Shown here: in pieces, positions 25,715-49,330 of the stretch
Layout: every line of letters begins with the position of its first letter
Numbering within the stretch: the first letter of the stretch is position 1
Assembly: GCA_963693365.1 (NCBI GenBank)
Contig: CAVNZM010000013.1
Location: forward strand, 8,742,940 to 8,806,939
Length of the DNA stretch: 64,000 nt
Source of the DNA: Amoebidium appalachense
Lineage: Eukaryota; Protista; Ichthyosporea
Direction of reading: 5' to 3'
The notes under the pieces: model-generated
Told to the model about the DNA's origin: nothing
Database searches by the model: none
Seen by the model: the letters and a program-made list of their open reading frames with translations, nothing else
Translations under genes and position numbers: made by a program

Positions 25715-26983
25715 ATGTCCCAGACTAGCACGCTCACGCCGCTGTGGAGTGTGCCCTACTCGTACCTGGCCTACCCCGTCTCAGCCATGTGCGAAAACCT
25801 GTTTCCGCCATGTTTTCTCGACGCAGACGTGCACCATCTGCCACACATGAACACCCAAGGCAGCGACCCAGTGGACTTCGATGTTCTGCTCAATCACTCG
25901 GACGAGGGCAGCTACCAGTCCTTGTCGTCACCCATGAGCTCTACAAATTCCCTGGAAGCACACAGTGCACACGGTAGCCCACAGACACCGGCGTTGCAAT
26001 CACAAAGGGAGCCCATGAGTGCGGCCAGCCTGAGCAGTGACGAGGTTGAAGCACACACAGAGGTCCTTGAGACCTCACGGCCTGCATGCACGTATCAACC
26101 TATTGTACCTGCACCCAGCCACGCACCGACGCAGCACTTGCCTTCCCTTCACCCCTCAGCCATGCCACCACCGGCCGTGCAAAGGGGAATTCCCAATGTT
26201 TCGCCATCAGCCAGCCAGGCAGACGACAGCAGCAAGAGCGAGGCTGCCATGTTTGAGTCGTTTATCAAGTGCGAGGAAGAGGGCGACCAGTCGGGCGGCA
26301 ACGAGGAGTTCTCGTCGGCAAAGAGGCGGGCTGTGCACCTGTCGTCGGAGAAGAGGAGACGGGACAACCTGGGGGCAGCCTTTGACGACCTCAAGCAGGC
26401 AGTGCCCTCGTGCCGCAACATGCCCGGGCAGAAGATGAGCAAGGAGGGCACGATACGCAGGGCCATATCCTACATCCACTACCTGCTGCAGCAGCGTGCT
26501 GCCATGTCGGCCGAGATACAACAGCTGAGGGCCGCCCTGGAGCAGAACGGCATTCCTATTCCCCCCGTGAACGGTGCCACTGCCGACAGCAAAAATACTG
26601 TGCACCCGAGCCCCCAAAGTGCGGCCAGTGCACTGCGCGGGCCCAACGCACTGCCCGAGTCGACGCTGATGCTGCTGTTCCTTGGGTTTGTGGACGCCAT
26701 GTACGAGGAGTTCATGACCAAGGTCAACCTGGCCACCCCCGAGGACCTGTCGATGTCGCTTATGTCGTACCTGCAGCAGAACGTGGCACCCAACAAGGTG
26801 CGCTACAACATACTCAATGCCCTCAGGCACATGGCCGCTAACTTCAGCCCCAGCACGGACGGCTCCACCTGCCGCATTAGGAAGTGGCTCGATGCCCTCG
26901 ACGGCTGCAATATTGCCGGGTTTGATGATGGATCGGCGGCAAAAGTGAGGGGTATTCTGTCCAATGTCAGGCAGTATTTCTAA
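25715..26983 (+). CDS. Mlx/Mondo-family bHLH-leucine zipper transcription factor, 422 aa, intronless CDS (alternative start 25787)
   Basis: The bHLH-ZIP region RRAVHLSSEKRRRDNLGAAFDDLKQAVPSC...QKMSKEGTIRRAISYIHYL...LRAAL has the H-E-R E-box residues. The C-terminal LFLGFVDAMYEEFMTKVNLATPEDLSMSLMSYLQQNVAPNKVRYNILNALRHM resembles the DCD domain of Mlx/Mondo proteins. Confidence 0.85.
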   Translation: MSQTSTLTPLWSVPYSYLAYPVSAMCENLFPPCFLDADVHHLPHMNTQGSDPVDFDVLLNHSDEGSYQSLSSPMSSTNSLEAHSAHGSPQTPALQSQREPMSAASLSSDEVEAHTEVLETSRPACTYQPIVPAPSHAPTQHLPSLHPSAMPPPAVQRGIPNVSPSASQADDSSKSEAAMFESFIKCEEEGDQSGGNEEFSSAKRRAVHLSSEKRRRDNLGAAFDDLKQAVPSCRNMPGQKMSKEGTIRRAISYIHYLLQQRAAMSAEIQQLRAALEQNGIPIPPVNGATADSKNTVHPSPQSAASALRGPNALPESTLMLLFLGFVDAMYEEFMTKVNLATPEDLSMSLMSYLQQNVAPNKVRYNILNALRHMAANFSPSTDGSTCRIRKWLDALDGCNIAGFDDGSAAKVRGILSNVRQYF

Positions 26984-27999
26984 AATTGCGAACGAAATTA
27001 CGATGAAAGGCGCAAGTGAGTGAATCTGTGACCCGTACTGATAAATGTTTTGAAAGCTGAACCTCAATGAATTTGGTGCAAATGCACGCTGTATGTATGT
27101 ACATAGGCCCTGGTGGCTATATCACCGCGTAGTTTGGTGCTGACTTGGGATTTTTGGTGGGTTTTTAGGTAACAATGCCAGTGGTGTTGCACTAAAACCT
27201 TGCCCGGAGCCCAATTTTGGACAACTTTGACCCGATGTGCGAAGTAGACTTGCCGCTGTGCGGTGGCGCTTACCTCAATAAGATTGATACGTCTCAAACC
27301 ATACTGTTTTAACGGCATACCGTTCACAATAATGCAACGACCCCTCACTCTTACCCACATAATCAACCAACAAACTATACCCCCCCCCCCCCCCCCCCCC
27401 CCAATAAACAAACAAACAAAAAAAAAAATAGAAAAGAAAACAAAAGGTATTGAGAAAAGAAAAAAAGCTTGTGATTGGAAAATGAAGAGCTGGCGAAGAA
27501 ATAGGAAACACAAAAAGAAAGGAAGGAAGGAAATCCATTAGAGGAAGCGGTGGGCCACGAATTTGTTCTTCGGATTGCCACAAGTGCATATGTATGTGTG
27601 GGCCTGCATGCTGGCCATCACCAGCACTGTTGAACAACTGTGTGCGCTATGGCTAAGTACCGTGGCCTACCATCAGCCCTGGCAGTGGGTGGAGTCTGGG
27701 GCAATGCAGCTACGGCCGAAGGTATGCCAGTTGCTCCATGGAGGCATGCAATCCAAAGTGCCGAGAATGAGCATACTGCCTAGGCTGCAATTGTTTCCTC
27801 ACCCCCCCACCCTTCCCCCCTCCCCTCCCCCCCCCCCCCCCCCGGAAAAAAAAAAGGCACCCACGCCGCGCCACACATACACACACACACGTACACACAG
27901 GCGCGCGCCACACGTGCACACACACCGCCCGGCCCCAGGGCGTCCCTGGCCTGCAGCCCAACCAAAGTTAATGTCATCGAGGATTTTCCCAGCCAAACT

Positions 28000-28636
28000 T
28001 TGAACTGCGTCGATTTTGGCTCAATCTGTTCTGCTATCAATAGTGTGTGTGTCCGCAATAGTGTGTGTGTGACTTTGGACTGCCACTTACTTGTTAAACA
28101 TGTACACAATCACAAGATAATCACGCAATATAACAAATGGAAAAAGATACCACACAACACTAGACCCGATGAAAGCATACACCTTGAAAAACTAAGCCTT
28201 ATGTCTCGTTTTATATATACTGACCGCCTCAACCATATTGCCAAATATGGCACTCGCAAGTGTATAACACCTAAATACATATTACCTTCCTGTAGAACTG
28301 GTCTTTCTCTAGCTGATGGTATTATTGATCAATTACCACGCTTTTACTGTACACGTGCTATACAGTGGAGATCTAATAAGTATAAGGTGGCATCATTTGC
28401 ATGCCCAAACAACACACACACACACCAGTTTAACCGGTCATGTATCGCCAAATGTAGTTTGATAGACCACATAATACCGCAACACACACACGTCACATTC
28501 ACAACAGACACCCAGAAAGATAGCCTACCTGTAAATTACAACATCCTTGATTTTATACTAAACACGCGTAACTACGACCTGTTTATTAGATGTATTGATT
28601 GGCTTGAGAAACACATCACTACAAAATTATAGCGCA

Positions 28637-28705
<69 letters not shown>

Positions 28706-28737
28706 CCAGCTGATACCGAGTGTCCCGAGGGGAGCCC

Positions 28738-28791
<54 letters not shown>
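28000..28791 (+). mobile_element. 5'-truncated non-LTR retrotransposon fragment: C-terminal end of the ORF (stop 28630-28632), then (CA)n and a 50-nt poly-A tract
   Basis: The AT-rich, intronless ORF differs in composition from host exons. Its pattern ILPSCRT...DGII...RAIQWRSN...ACP...FNRSCIAKC...NILDFILN resembles, from memory, the Cys-containing C-terminus that follows RT in fungal/protist non-LTR elements. Poly-A lies at 28742-28791. No RT domain remains. Confidence 0.55.
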
Positions 28792-28792
<1 letters not shown>

Positions 28793-29288
28793 GGGGAACC
28801 CCAACTAATTGATTTCTCCTTGTAGTCTTTATGGTGTCTCGTAGAGAAAGTAAACCCTGATATATAGTCACCACCCGACATCTATGTACGTGATCATGAT
28901 ATACCGCTGAGGGGATATTCCGAGCAAAACCCCCCCCCATACCTGAGACTGGTTCTCTTTGCCTCGAGTAAACAGCGTAAACCCCAATATAGTTCGGATC
29001 GGCTTTTTTCAGAACTGCTTTTCCTCGGTGCAAACACTATCACATCCTGGCATAAAGAGGTCTGTACAAGTATGGAAGGAGCCTCAGGATAGGAACAGAG
29101 TAATCGGTAACGGGTTCCGGGATGTTTGAGAGGTCCGGCACGGGTTTTTCTGCAGGGGGAAAAAAAGGAAAGGGAAAGGGGGGATGGGGTGGGGGGGGGG
29201 GTTTGGGGGGGGGGGGGGGGGGGGGGAATGTATATAAGTGCCGAGGCTCGAATACTGGTGTATTTTACAGGGAATCACATCTCCCAGA

Positions 29289-29323
<35 letters not shown>

Positions 29324-29463
29324 CCTTCCCCCCCAGGCACCACCACCACCATCACGCCTCACACCAAAGCACACCAAACCCGGGTAATTTCGAAATACGG
29401 GTAGCAGGGAAAATAATGGATTAAGGGTTTTCCCGATTCCTTTCCTTCCATTCTACTCTCACG

Positions 29464-29506
<43 letters not shown>

Positions 29507-29758
29507 CCCGCCCCATATTCCTCTTGTCAACAACTTCTCCTCTACCGCAAACACATTCCTATTCCCTTTTTCTGGTCTTGGCAATGTAGGGTTAAGATAT
29601 CTGGCCCAAACACACCCAATCTACTTCACCCACCCACCTGGTTGAGTTGTCTCTTTGCTGTCGCCTGAACGGTGGGTTCGGGAAGAGACTCGCCCACCGG
29701 CTGGGACCCCCCAGCCCCCTCCACCTCCCCCCCCCCAACAACCACGTGTGTGCGCGCG

Positions 29759-29840
<82 letters not shown>

Positions 29841-30232
29841 CCCCATCAAATTCCCGGCAGCAAACAGTTGAATATCACCTTGCTGTCAAATATGTCTAGA
29901 AGCATCTAGCTATATTAGCTCTTGCTCTTTTGAGCACAAATATTTAAACGACCTTGATTTTTAGTTGCCTAAAATATCCGGTCCCCCTGAAGGGAGGGGG
30001 GGGGGGGAGGGGAGGGGGGAGGGGGGAGGGTTGGCTAGGGGGACAATGTGGTGGGGTAATAAAGTTACACGATGCCGGCATTTTTTTTCGGGTGGCGGGG
30101 GGATGGAGGGGTGGGGTGAGGGGGCCCCGAGGGAGGTGGTGAGTGGAGGGTGGGGGATAGGTAAGCATATGGGGAACAGGGAGGGATCATACTAACGGTG
30201 TGCAGTTTGAGACTCTATAAATGTGGGTGAAG

Positions 30233-30263
<31 letters not shown>

Positions 30264-30300
30264 GGAGGGGGGGAGGGGGGAGGGGGGGTGGTTGGATAAT

Positions 30301-31760
30301 GGATACCGTGCTTAAAGAGGGGGACGGGGGGGGGGGGGGGGGGGGGGGAATATCTATCGTGCTTAACAGCGGAGGGAATGTATACCGTGTTTAAACAGGG
30401 GGGGAAGGGGGGGAGGGGAGCATGTAAACCGTGCTTAAACAGGGGGGGAAGGGGAGGCTTTATGATGGAGGGGAATGTATAAACCGTGCTTAATGAACGG
30501 GGGGGGGGGGGGGGGGGGGGGGGGGGATGTATACCGTGTTTACCAGTGGGGGAGGAGGGGAGGATGTATGTGTAAAAGTATAAAATTTGTAGCTGGGGAA
30601 AGAGGAGGGCGGGCTGGCAGGGGGGGGGGGGGGGGGGTTTGGCTAGGGGTGCGACTTGGGGTGGGGTAATTAAGTCACACGATGCAAATATTTCGGGGGG
30701 ATGGGGGTGGGGGATGGGTTGGGTTGGGCAGCTTGAGACGTCAGTCCATATATGGATATGAATGATTGGTTAGGATTCAATCTTCCGAGCCTCCGCGACA
30801 GGCCGACCTCTGCCGAAAGTATCCTGAGAAAGACCCACTTGTGATTGGCTGTGCGGCTGTGTCTGTGGCACAGTACTACAGTAGGCAGGAGGCGCAAACC
30901 ATTACATCACTGAAAACGCTAAACGCAACCTCAAAAAGCGCGCCAACAACATTTTTTGCGAATATAATATATAAAAATGCAAAGTATATATATATAACTT
31001 TACATAACCAGTCACAAAAAAGTGTGCTGGCCCATGGTCAGTGAGAAACTCTCATTTTTCTATTTGTGAAATATTATGCATGTTGGGTAACCTTATGTAG
31101 AGGAGTGTAAGCCGGACAGAACAAACATTACAGCGGGTCATGGTTTATAACATCGCAGATAGCTTCGATAGCGCGCAAATTCTTCGATTTCTTCTAACTA
31201 TAGTACTTTTACTAAATTATGAGTGCTTTTAATCTGCTGTAGGAGGTGCCGTTCATGTAGGAATCGACGAAAATGGTGTGCTCTTAAAAGCCAGATTCGG
31301 CGTATATGTTTGGACATGAGTGCGAATCGGCCGCGTTGTGCGTTACCATATTAGGGCAGCTATTTCTAGCTGTTGGGGGGGGGGGGGGGGGGGGAGGAAG
31401 GGGGAGGGGGGGGATAGGTAAGCATGAGGAATGGGGAGGGAAGGCTACGGTACGCAGTGTGAGATTCTATAGGTGTGGGTGTAGGTGTGTGTGTGTGTGT
31501 GTGCCGGGGGGAGGGGGGGAGGGGAAGGGGGGGGGTTAGGGTTGGAGAATGTATACCGTGCTTAAACTGAGGGAGACGGGGGGAGGGAGGGGGAGAGATG
31601 TATACTGTGGTTAAGAGGGGGAAAGGGTTGGGGGAGGGTGGGTGGGTGGGTGGGGGGGGGGGGGGGGGGGGGGGGGAGGGAAGGGGGCAAACATTCATGT
31701 ATACCGTGCGTAAACAGGGTCGAGGGGGGAGGGGGAAGGATGTATACCGTGCTTAAACGG
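30301..31760 (+). repeat. Two clusters (30301-30547 and 31548-31760) totalling 10 copies of a ~20-bp motif ATGTATACCGTGCTTAAACAG, separated by G-rich spacers
   Basis: Copies at about 30301, 30351, 30378, 30422, 30475, 30527, 31549, 31598, 31697 and 31740. Confidence 0.8.
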
Positions 31761-33094
31761 GGGGGAAGCCCCCCCCCCGGGGGAAGCCCCCCCCCCCCCC
31801 CCCCCCCCCCCGGAAGAAAAAAAAAAACGTACCCGTGGCTCCCTCCTTCTCTCTTCAGGCTCTCCCTCCCTCCCCTTCTCTCTCACTCTCTTTCTCTCTC
31901 TCTCCCTCCCAGACTCCCACCCTCCCACCCACCCTCTCCTTTCTCTCTCTCTCCCCCTCACACATTCTCTCTTCGAGTCTAAACCCTCCCCCCCCCCCTC
32001 CCCCGGCCCCCCCCCCAAAAAAAAGAGAGCGAGAGAGAGGGAGAGAGAGAGAGAGGGGGGGGGGAGGGAGAGAGAGAAACAAAGCACAACAAGAAGTGAG
32101 AGTCACACAAATACAAGCTGACACCTAGTACATTAATGGCATGTACCATGTGCCCAAGAAGTTTGACTCCGAGGAGGCTCCACTCAGCAATATGCTGAGA
32201 TTATATTGGTAATCCATCCGCACATTATGCACCATGTTTTGCCTGCTTGAAAGTATGGCCATGACCCACTCCCTCCCCCAAAGTCCGCCAGGAAAAGGGA
32301 GTAGAGCAAAAATCGGTAAGTTACGAACTTGGATAAGAAAGCCTTGGCAGTACTTTCGGTCAGGCGCTTCACAGGGCAATTATTGAAATAATTTATCTGC
32401 TTTAAGGTCTGGTCCCAGTGCCTAATAGCTATGAATACATATCCCATGGTACCCACCAACTCGATAAGCACCTAGGCTGCTGAAGGAACTATGTATGCAC
32501 TTGCCTGCAAAAGCCTCACTTTTCCATCCGCCTGCCTAATACTTTGCAGCCTGAGAGCACCCCTCTCCCATATCTCTTGCGCGATCCTGTTTGAAGTGAT
32601 CCCGATGATCCCCGTGCTACCCGAGCAAAATTTTAACTATTAGGGCTTGGGAAATAAACCCCTGAACTGAAACGGACCGAAACTTGTCTTTCTATCACGT
32701 TCACCATGGCTAGTTAATTAAAAACAAAAATCATGATCACACACACACAGTTGGCAACACCGTACCAAAACACTGCACCTAGGCACACAGACACACACAT
32801 GCACACATGCACACACATGCACACGTGCACACACAAGCACACACACACACACACACACACATGCACACCCACAGGCCTACTCGCACACTGACACACACAC
32901 ACACAAATGGGCACGTGTGCATTCAAGCAGCATGCACACCCGCACGCCAGCTGATGCAGTGTCCCTGGTATTACCGTGGGATTAAAGGCCTGGTGGAGAA
33001 ATCTAAAACGAACGGAAGACAAGGGAAAAGAGGGGAAGGAAGAGATAGTGATATTAAACTGAGGGCGGGCGGAGGGGCGGGGGGTGGGGGAGAG

Positions 33095-33890
<796 letters not shown>

Positions 33891-36058
33891 GGGGGGGTCG
33901 GGAGAGAGTTCTTGAGGGAGAGGGAGTCCGGGGGGGGGGGGGGGGGGGGGGGGGGGGAGACCTTAACTCTGGTGGTTTTTTTAATTTAACAGTTTTGTTA
34001 ACTTCAGGTCTTTGCAATTGCAAGTTTTGCAACTCAGTACCGTAAACGGGATATTTCAATACTCAGTTTACGCACGGATCACGCTCCTCACGTTTGAGGC
34101 GGCCTTTTTACAGGGCTCTTCGTGACGTAAGTTTCAAAGTGCCAGACTGCATTTTGATTGGTGTAGGTCATCTGAGCGTTTTGATCGGATGTTATGGAAT
34201 TACTGTCTGCGGCCCCCGCGAAGGATTTATAATAATAGATCCCCTAAGCCTAAACCGTATAAATGCATAACCTTTTTTTCTTATGTTGTAACAAATAACG
34301 GCGACATATTCGTGTATCTATTTTATGCTTCAAATTTGTACGCAAGTAATCTTAAAAATATTTAAAAAGGAAAGAGGCACGCGTTATGAAAAAAAGCCCT
34401 GACTAAGCCCACTCGTTCCCAGGCCCCCGGGGCCATGGCCAGGGCCAATTGGACCAACGTTAGCAAATCCAGAATCCAGAGTTTCACAACTCAGTCGTTA
34501 TCTACTCCGTATCCGAAAGTAATGATTTTTATATCTTCCCACTGGGATATCTGTGATATCTATCAGAATAAATGTGGAGCAGAGGCAGGATTTGGTCCTG
34601 TGACCTCTGTAAGAGACAATCACTTCTACATAGCGGATCGAGAGTAGAGGAGACTCGAGAGGTTCAAAGAAAGTGGTTTGAGATCTCGGTAACATCCGTG
34701 TCCTGCTGCTTTATATACCTGCGCGGATGCCAGTCCGCGAATATATCGTCCAATAGGATTACAGATAGTCTCTCAGTCAGGATAGATCGGGATTATGTAC
34801 TTAGCCAATAGGAAGACAGTTATTTTTCCCGGCTAGCGTATGCGGCCCCAGACGGTCCCCAAGTACGCGGGGGCGGGATAGGCGGGAACAGGCTAAGTAC
34901 GTGACTGGGAAGAGCAGGAATAAACAGATAGACTATTCTATCATAACAATAACTCGATGTTTTCTATTTTGAAGACAATATCAATAAAGTCATTATAAAA
35001 AAAGGATCACATCTTACCCAATTTTTTATTAGGCTACTCTGCACACTACTAGCGATCAAACCCCTCTCTAGTCTAGGGTGTGCTGATTATCCAGTCATGA
35101 TTAGCTTTCTCGTCAGCCAATCAAAGCACGGACGTCCGACACTCAGATATCCCCCTACACCCCAACAAACGGGGGTTGTCACTCAAAGGCAACTACTCAT
35201 AAAGTATGAGGAGCGCGATACGCTGACAGTATACTTGTCTGATAAGGTGCAGACAATGCACAGAAATGGAACAACACCGTTTTACCACTGCTTTTTGATG
35301 CCATGGATATTTAAAATGCAATGACTTATACCCACACGTGTACGTAAGCATGTGAACATATGAGTCTATAGGCATCATCGACCGACGTATACGTACGCCT
35401 CGATATATGTGTGCACATGCTTACTGTTAGCTCGCAAACCATTGAAGTGATGCAGTGTGCAAAACGAACAAAAGCCCTGCTATATAGAGCGGATATTGCT
35501 ATAAGTTGCCTTGGTGCCCCTGAGCTAGAGACTTGTAATTGGTAACAGCTACTCGGAGTCTGGTCCCATGGGACCAGCCTACTCCACGGGGCAAGTAAAA
35601 GCCCCGGCAGCACAGTAGTTTTGGGGATCCCACGTAGTGCAACGATTTGCTTTTCCGGCTGGCCACAAACTTACTACAAATAGCTGAACAGCGAACTGAA
35701 CAGAACTTTGTCTTTAGATAGTATATGCACACGCCGCCGCCACAGAAGTGACTGACTCTGCAGCTGAGTGCATATAGTTTACAGTCGACACAGAACACTC
35801 AGAAGCCCTTTTACTAGTACAGACAACGAGCCTAATATAGTCATGTATCTTTTTAGCCTCAAGGACATCGCTGAAGTTATTGGAACACGAGAGCTTTTTT
35901 CTACGGCTCCAGTCTCACTGTGGTTCTGACGAAGTTTGCCTTGCCAGTGGGCTGTGCAGGAAGAAATCTCACAAGACAGACTGGGCGGGAGTCCAACCCA
36001 AATATAGTACTATCTGGCCACCCCACTCTGACTAGGTCTGGCGGGGAACACCATCGGG

Positions 36059-46387
<10,329 letters not shown>

Positions 46388-47572
46388 TTTGTAGCCAGTC
46401 AGAGCCATCCTTTGAGATGCAGCAAACAAGACCGATGCATGCATTGCTTGCACTTTATGAATGAATGCCTGTAAGGGTTGATGGAAAATGCGGCCGCAGC
46501 CCCGAGCCTTATGTATGCCATGGATGACGGTGGCCCCACAACTGCCCAAGGCTCATGAGCACCTTGCACATCTATTTAGTTATTTTGATTTGTTAGTGTT
46601 AAGTGCAGTGTTATTCTGGTTTTTTTAGTATCGAGCCCAGATTAGTGATGTTTTGTAGCGCGCGCAACCCAGGCCTGTGGCCACAACCCACCAGTGGTTT
46701 GCAATGCACATATAGCTTGCATGCAGCGCCCACCGGCGGTTATCATATTAAGTACTAGACGGTCAGCTGCCTGCCATATATGGTGGTAACTGTTGCGGGA
46801 TCTGATTGGTGTGTAGTTTTTCAATAACAAAGATTTTGCAGCTTGCAAAAGATCTTGCAGCCGCTGTCTTCAACTTCGCCAGAGGCATCACGGGCTACGA
46901 TGTGCCCATGGCCATGCATCATATGTATGCATATGTGAAACGTGGTCCGATTCAAGTGATGGCTAATATTCGAATACCACCCCCCTGTGGGCAAAAGGAC
47001 CCGAATGGTAAAACGTTAGACCCGTGGCACCTGCCGGTCTACCCTTTGCTAGTAGCTTATGACTCTCGAACAACATTTAGGTATGGGCCTACTCTGCTAA
47101 TCGAAAATATTTCGTTTATCTATTGGCCCCCCCCCCCCTTGTCCCCCAATTCGCAGCCTCATGGCCACCCCTTTAGATTTCCGACATAGGGGTATGCCGA
47201 ATTTAAAGCCAAACGTACAGCTTATTACGAATCCCCACCAATAAGCCTTAGAACATAGTAACGGCCAAATCAGGTTATTGACAGTCATTCACCACGTCCA
47301 GATTTGGGGATGTTCTTATTGGTGGGCGGCCAGAGCTGTTGCCCCCCCCCCCCCCCCCCCCCCCTCCCCCCCCCCCCCCCCCCCCACACACACAAAAAAC
47401 AAAAAAAACAAAAAAAAAAAACACCTGAGGACGACAATATAACATGACAGAGCCTTTTCAAACTTTCGAAGAACATGCACTGCAGGGGGTCCTTATTAGC
47501 GGACGGTATAGATTATCGTGCAATATTGAATTCTTTTCAATTCCAAAGCTTCCCTTGAGAAACTTGAGAATT

Positions 47573-47652
<80 letters not shown>

Positions 47653-48274
47653 CCTTTGGATGACCTGCTTCAACACACCCTTAGTACACCAGGCCACTAG
47701 AAGATCATCTTAATTCTCATAACGTACGCACATGCCTTTGACCCCGGCTAAGTTAATACTCAAAATTTCAAGCAATAAGCCTGTCTCCGCTTTGCCTGCA
47801 TGGTATGCAGCACATACATTAATGATATCGGATATCGATGTATAAATCTTGGCCAAATGACTAGAAAGAGAAAGAATGGTTAAAGTAAGTACTAGATTTA
47901 GCCCACCCGTGTATGTACATATGCTACGCCAAGCCGGCCAACTGTGCCTTCGAATTCATTCGTTGGTCTTGCTGCCCCCTGCCTGCCCACACACCTGTCC
48001 ATGTGTGGTCATTGAAATAGACGTGTCACGGGCCAGTCTTGTAATCAGCACACATGCTGCATGCCGTTATCCCATCCACACGTGTGTTGGGAATGGACAT
48101 GACAAGCACTTCGTACTGCGCGTGCACAGGGAAGACTTAGTGTACGACAGCACCGTAGCAACGCAAGTGGCTCTAAAAGGATATACATAGATATCGCTAG
48201 CCAGTTCGATCCTCTGCTCCTCCTCTCCGGGGAGACCGGGGGGAGGGGGAGGGGGGGGGGGGGAGGGGGAGGGG

Positions 48275-48392
48275 GGAGAGGTGACTGTGTTACAGGGTAC
48301 AAAGTACATAGCCACAAGGGGCAGCAACACCGCAGATTTTGCGAAGCATACGGAGTATGCGCCATAAGCTTAGCAGAGCCCATCCTCAGGGG
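48275..48392 (-). mobile_element. Diverged, inverted copy of dispersed repeat family A
   Basis: The reverse complement CCCCTGAGGATGGGCTCTGCT...GCATACTC...TGTACTTTGTACC...CAGTCA followed by poly-C aligns to 58996-59105. Confidence 0.65.
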
Positions 48393-48960
48393 CAGGTAAG
48401 CCTCTCAAGAGCCCCCCCCCCCCCTCCCTTCTCCCCCCCCCCCCCCCCCCCCCTCCCCCCCCCCCCTTCCCCCCCCGGCGCCGGGCCTCCCCGGGGGCCT
48501 CTGCGTGTGTGTGTGTTTTTTTTTTTTTTTTTTTTTTTTTTTGGGGGGGGGGGGGGGGGGGAGGGGGGAGATGGGGAGGGGGAGGGGGGAAGCAGTACAC
48601 GTGTGGCAGCCGCAGTAGTGAAAATCATTGGCACCCGTTGGCGGGGAAAATTTGATCATATTGTTGTTTTTAGTTAGACCGGGGCCGTGGGGGTTCCAAT
48701 GATGTCTTTGAGCAGCGAGCATTGCCTACTATGCATCCAGTGGTAGAGGCTGAGAAACCAAAAGAAAGACACAAGTCCCATGGCAGTTGTGATAAGGCTT
48801 GGTGCTGAGGGTATGCGCCCATCAACACGTCAACACATTGAAATGGACCCCATGCACCAAGGGTCCAGTACGCCCTATCTCTACACTACCTTGCCGCGAA
48901 CCTAACCTTGATAAGTTCAAGAGTTGATACTTGTGTGAATGTTGGCGTGTGCTTGCACGG

Positions 48961-49330
<370 letters not shown>

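Noticed and set aside
26207-27067. Long minus-strand ORFs opposite real exons (also 54986-55876, 59431-60126, 60970-61593, 62037-62906)
   Set aside because: These are antisense shadows of GC3-rich coding sequence with no recognisable domains.
30301-31760. CRISPR array interpretation of the repeat-spacer pattern
   Set aside because: The repeats are degenerate, the spacers are low-complexity G runs of irregular length, there are no cas genes, and the context is eukaryotic.
32125-32630. Complex-sequence island with short minus-strand ORFs (32125-32379 and 32184-32471)
   Set aside because: It could be a decayed TE or viral fragment, but I recognise no motif and the frames are interrupted. A translated search would be needed.
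35800-35820. U5 snRNA loop-like CCTTTTACTAG
   Set aside because: There is no flanking stem and no Sm site.
46806-47189. 127-aa non-repetitive ORF (similarly 15240-15442, 24850-25130 and 63028-63291)
   Set aside because: These have no recognisable domain, no host-like GC3 bias and no convincing splice structure.
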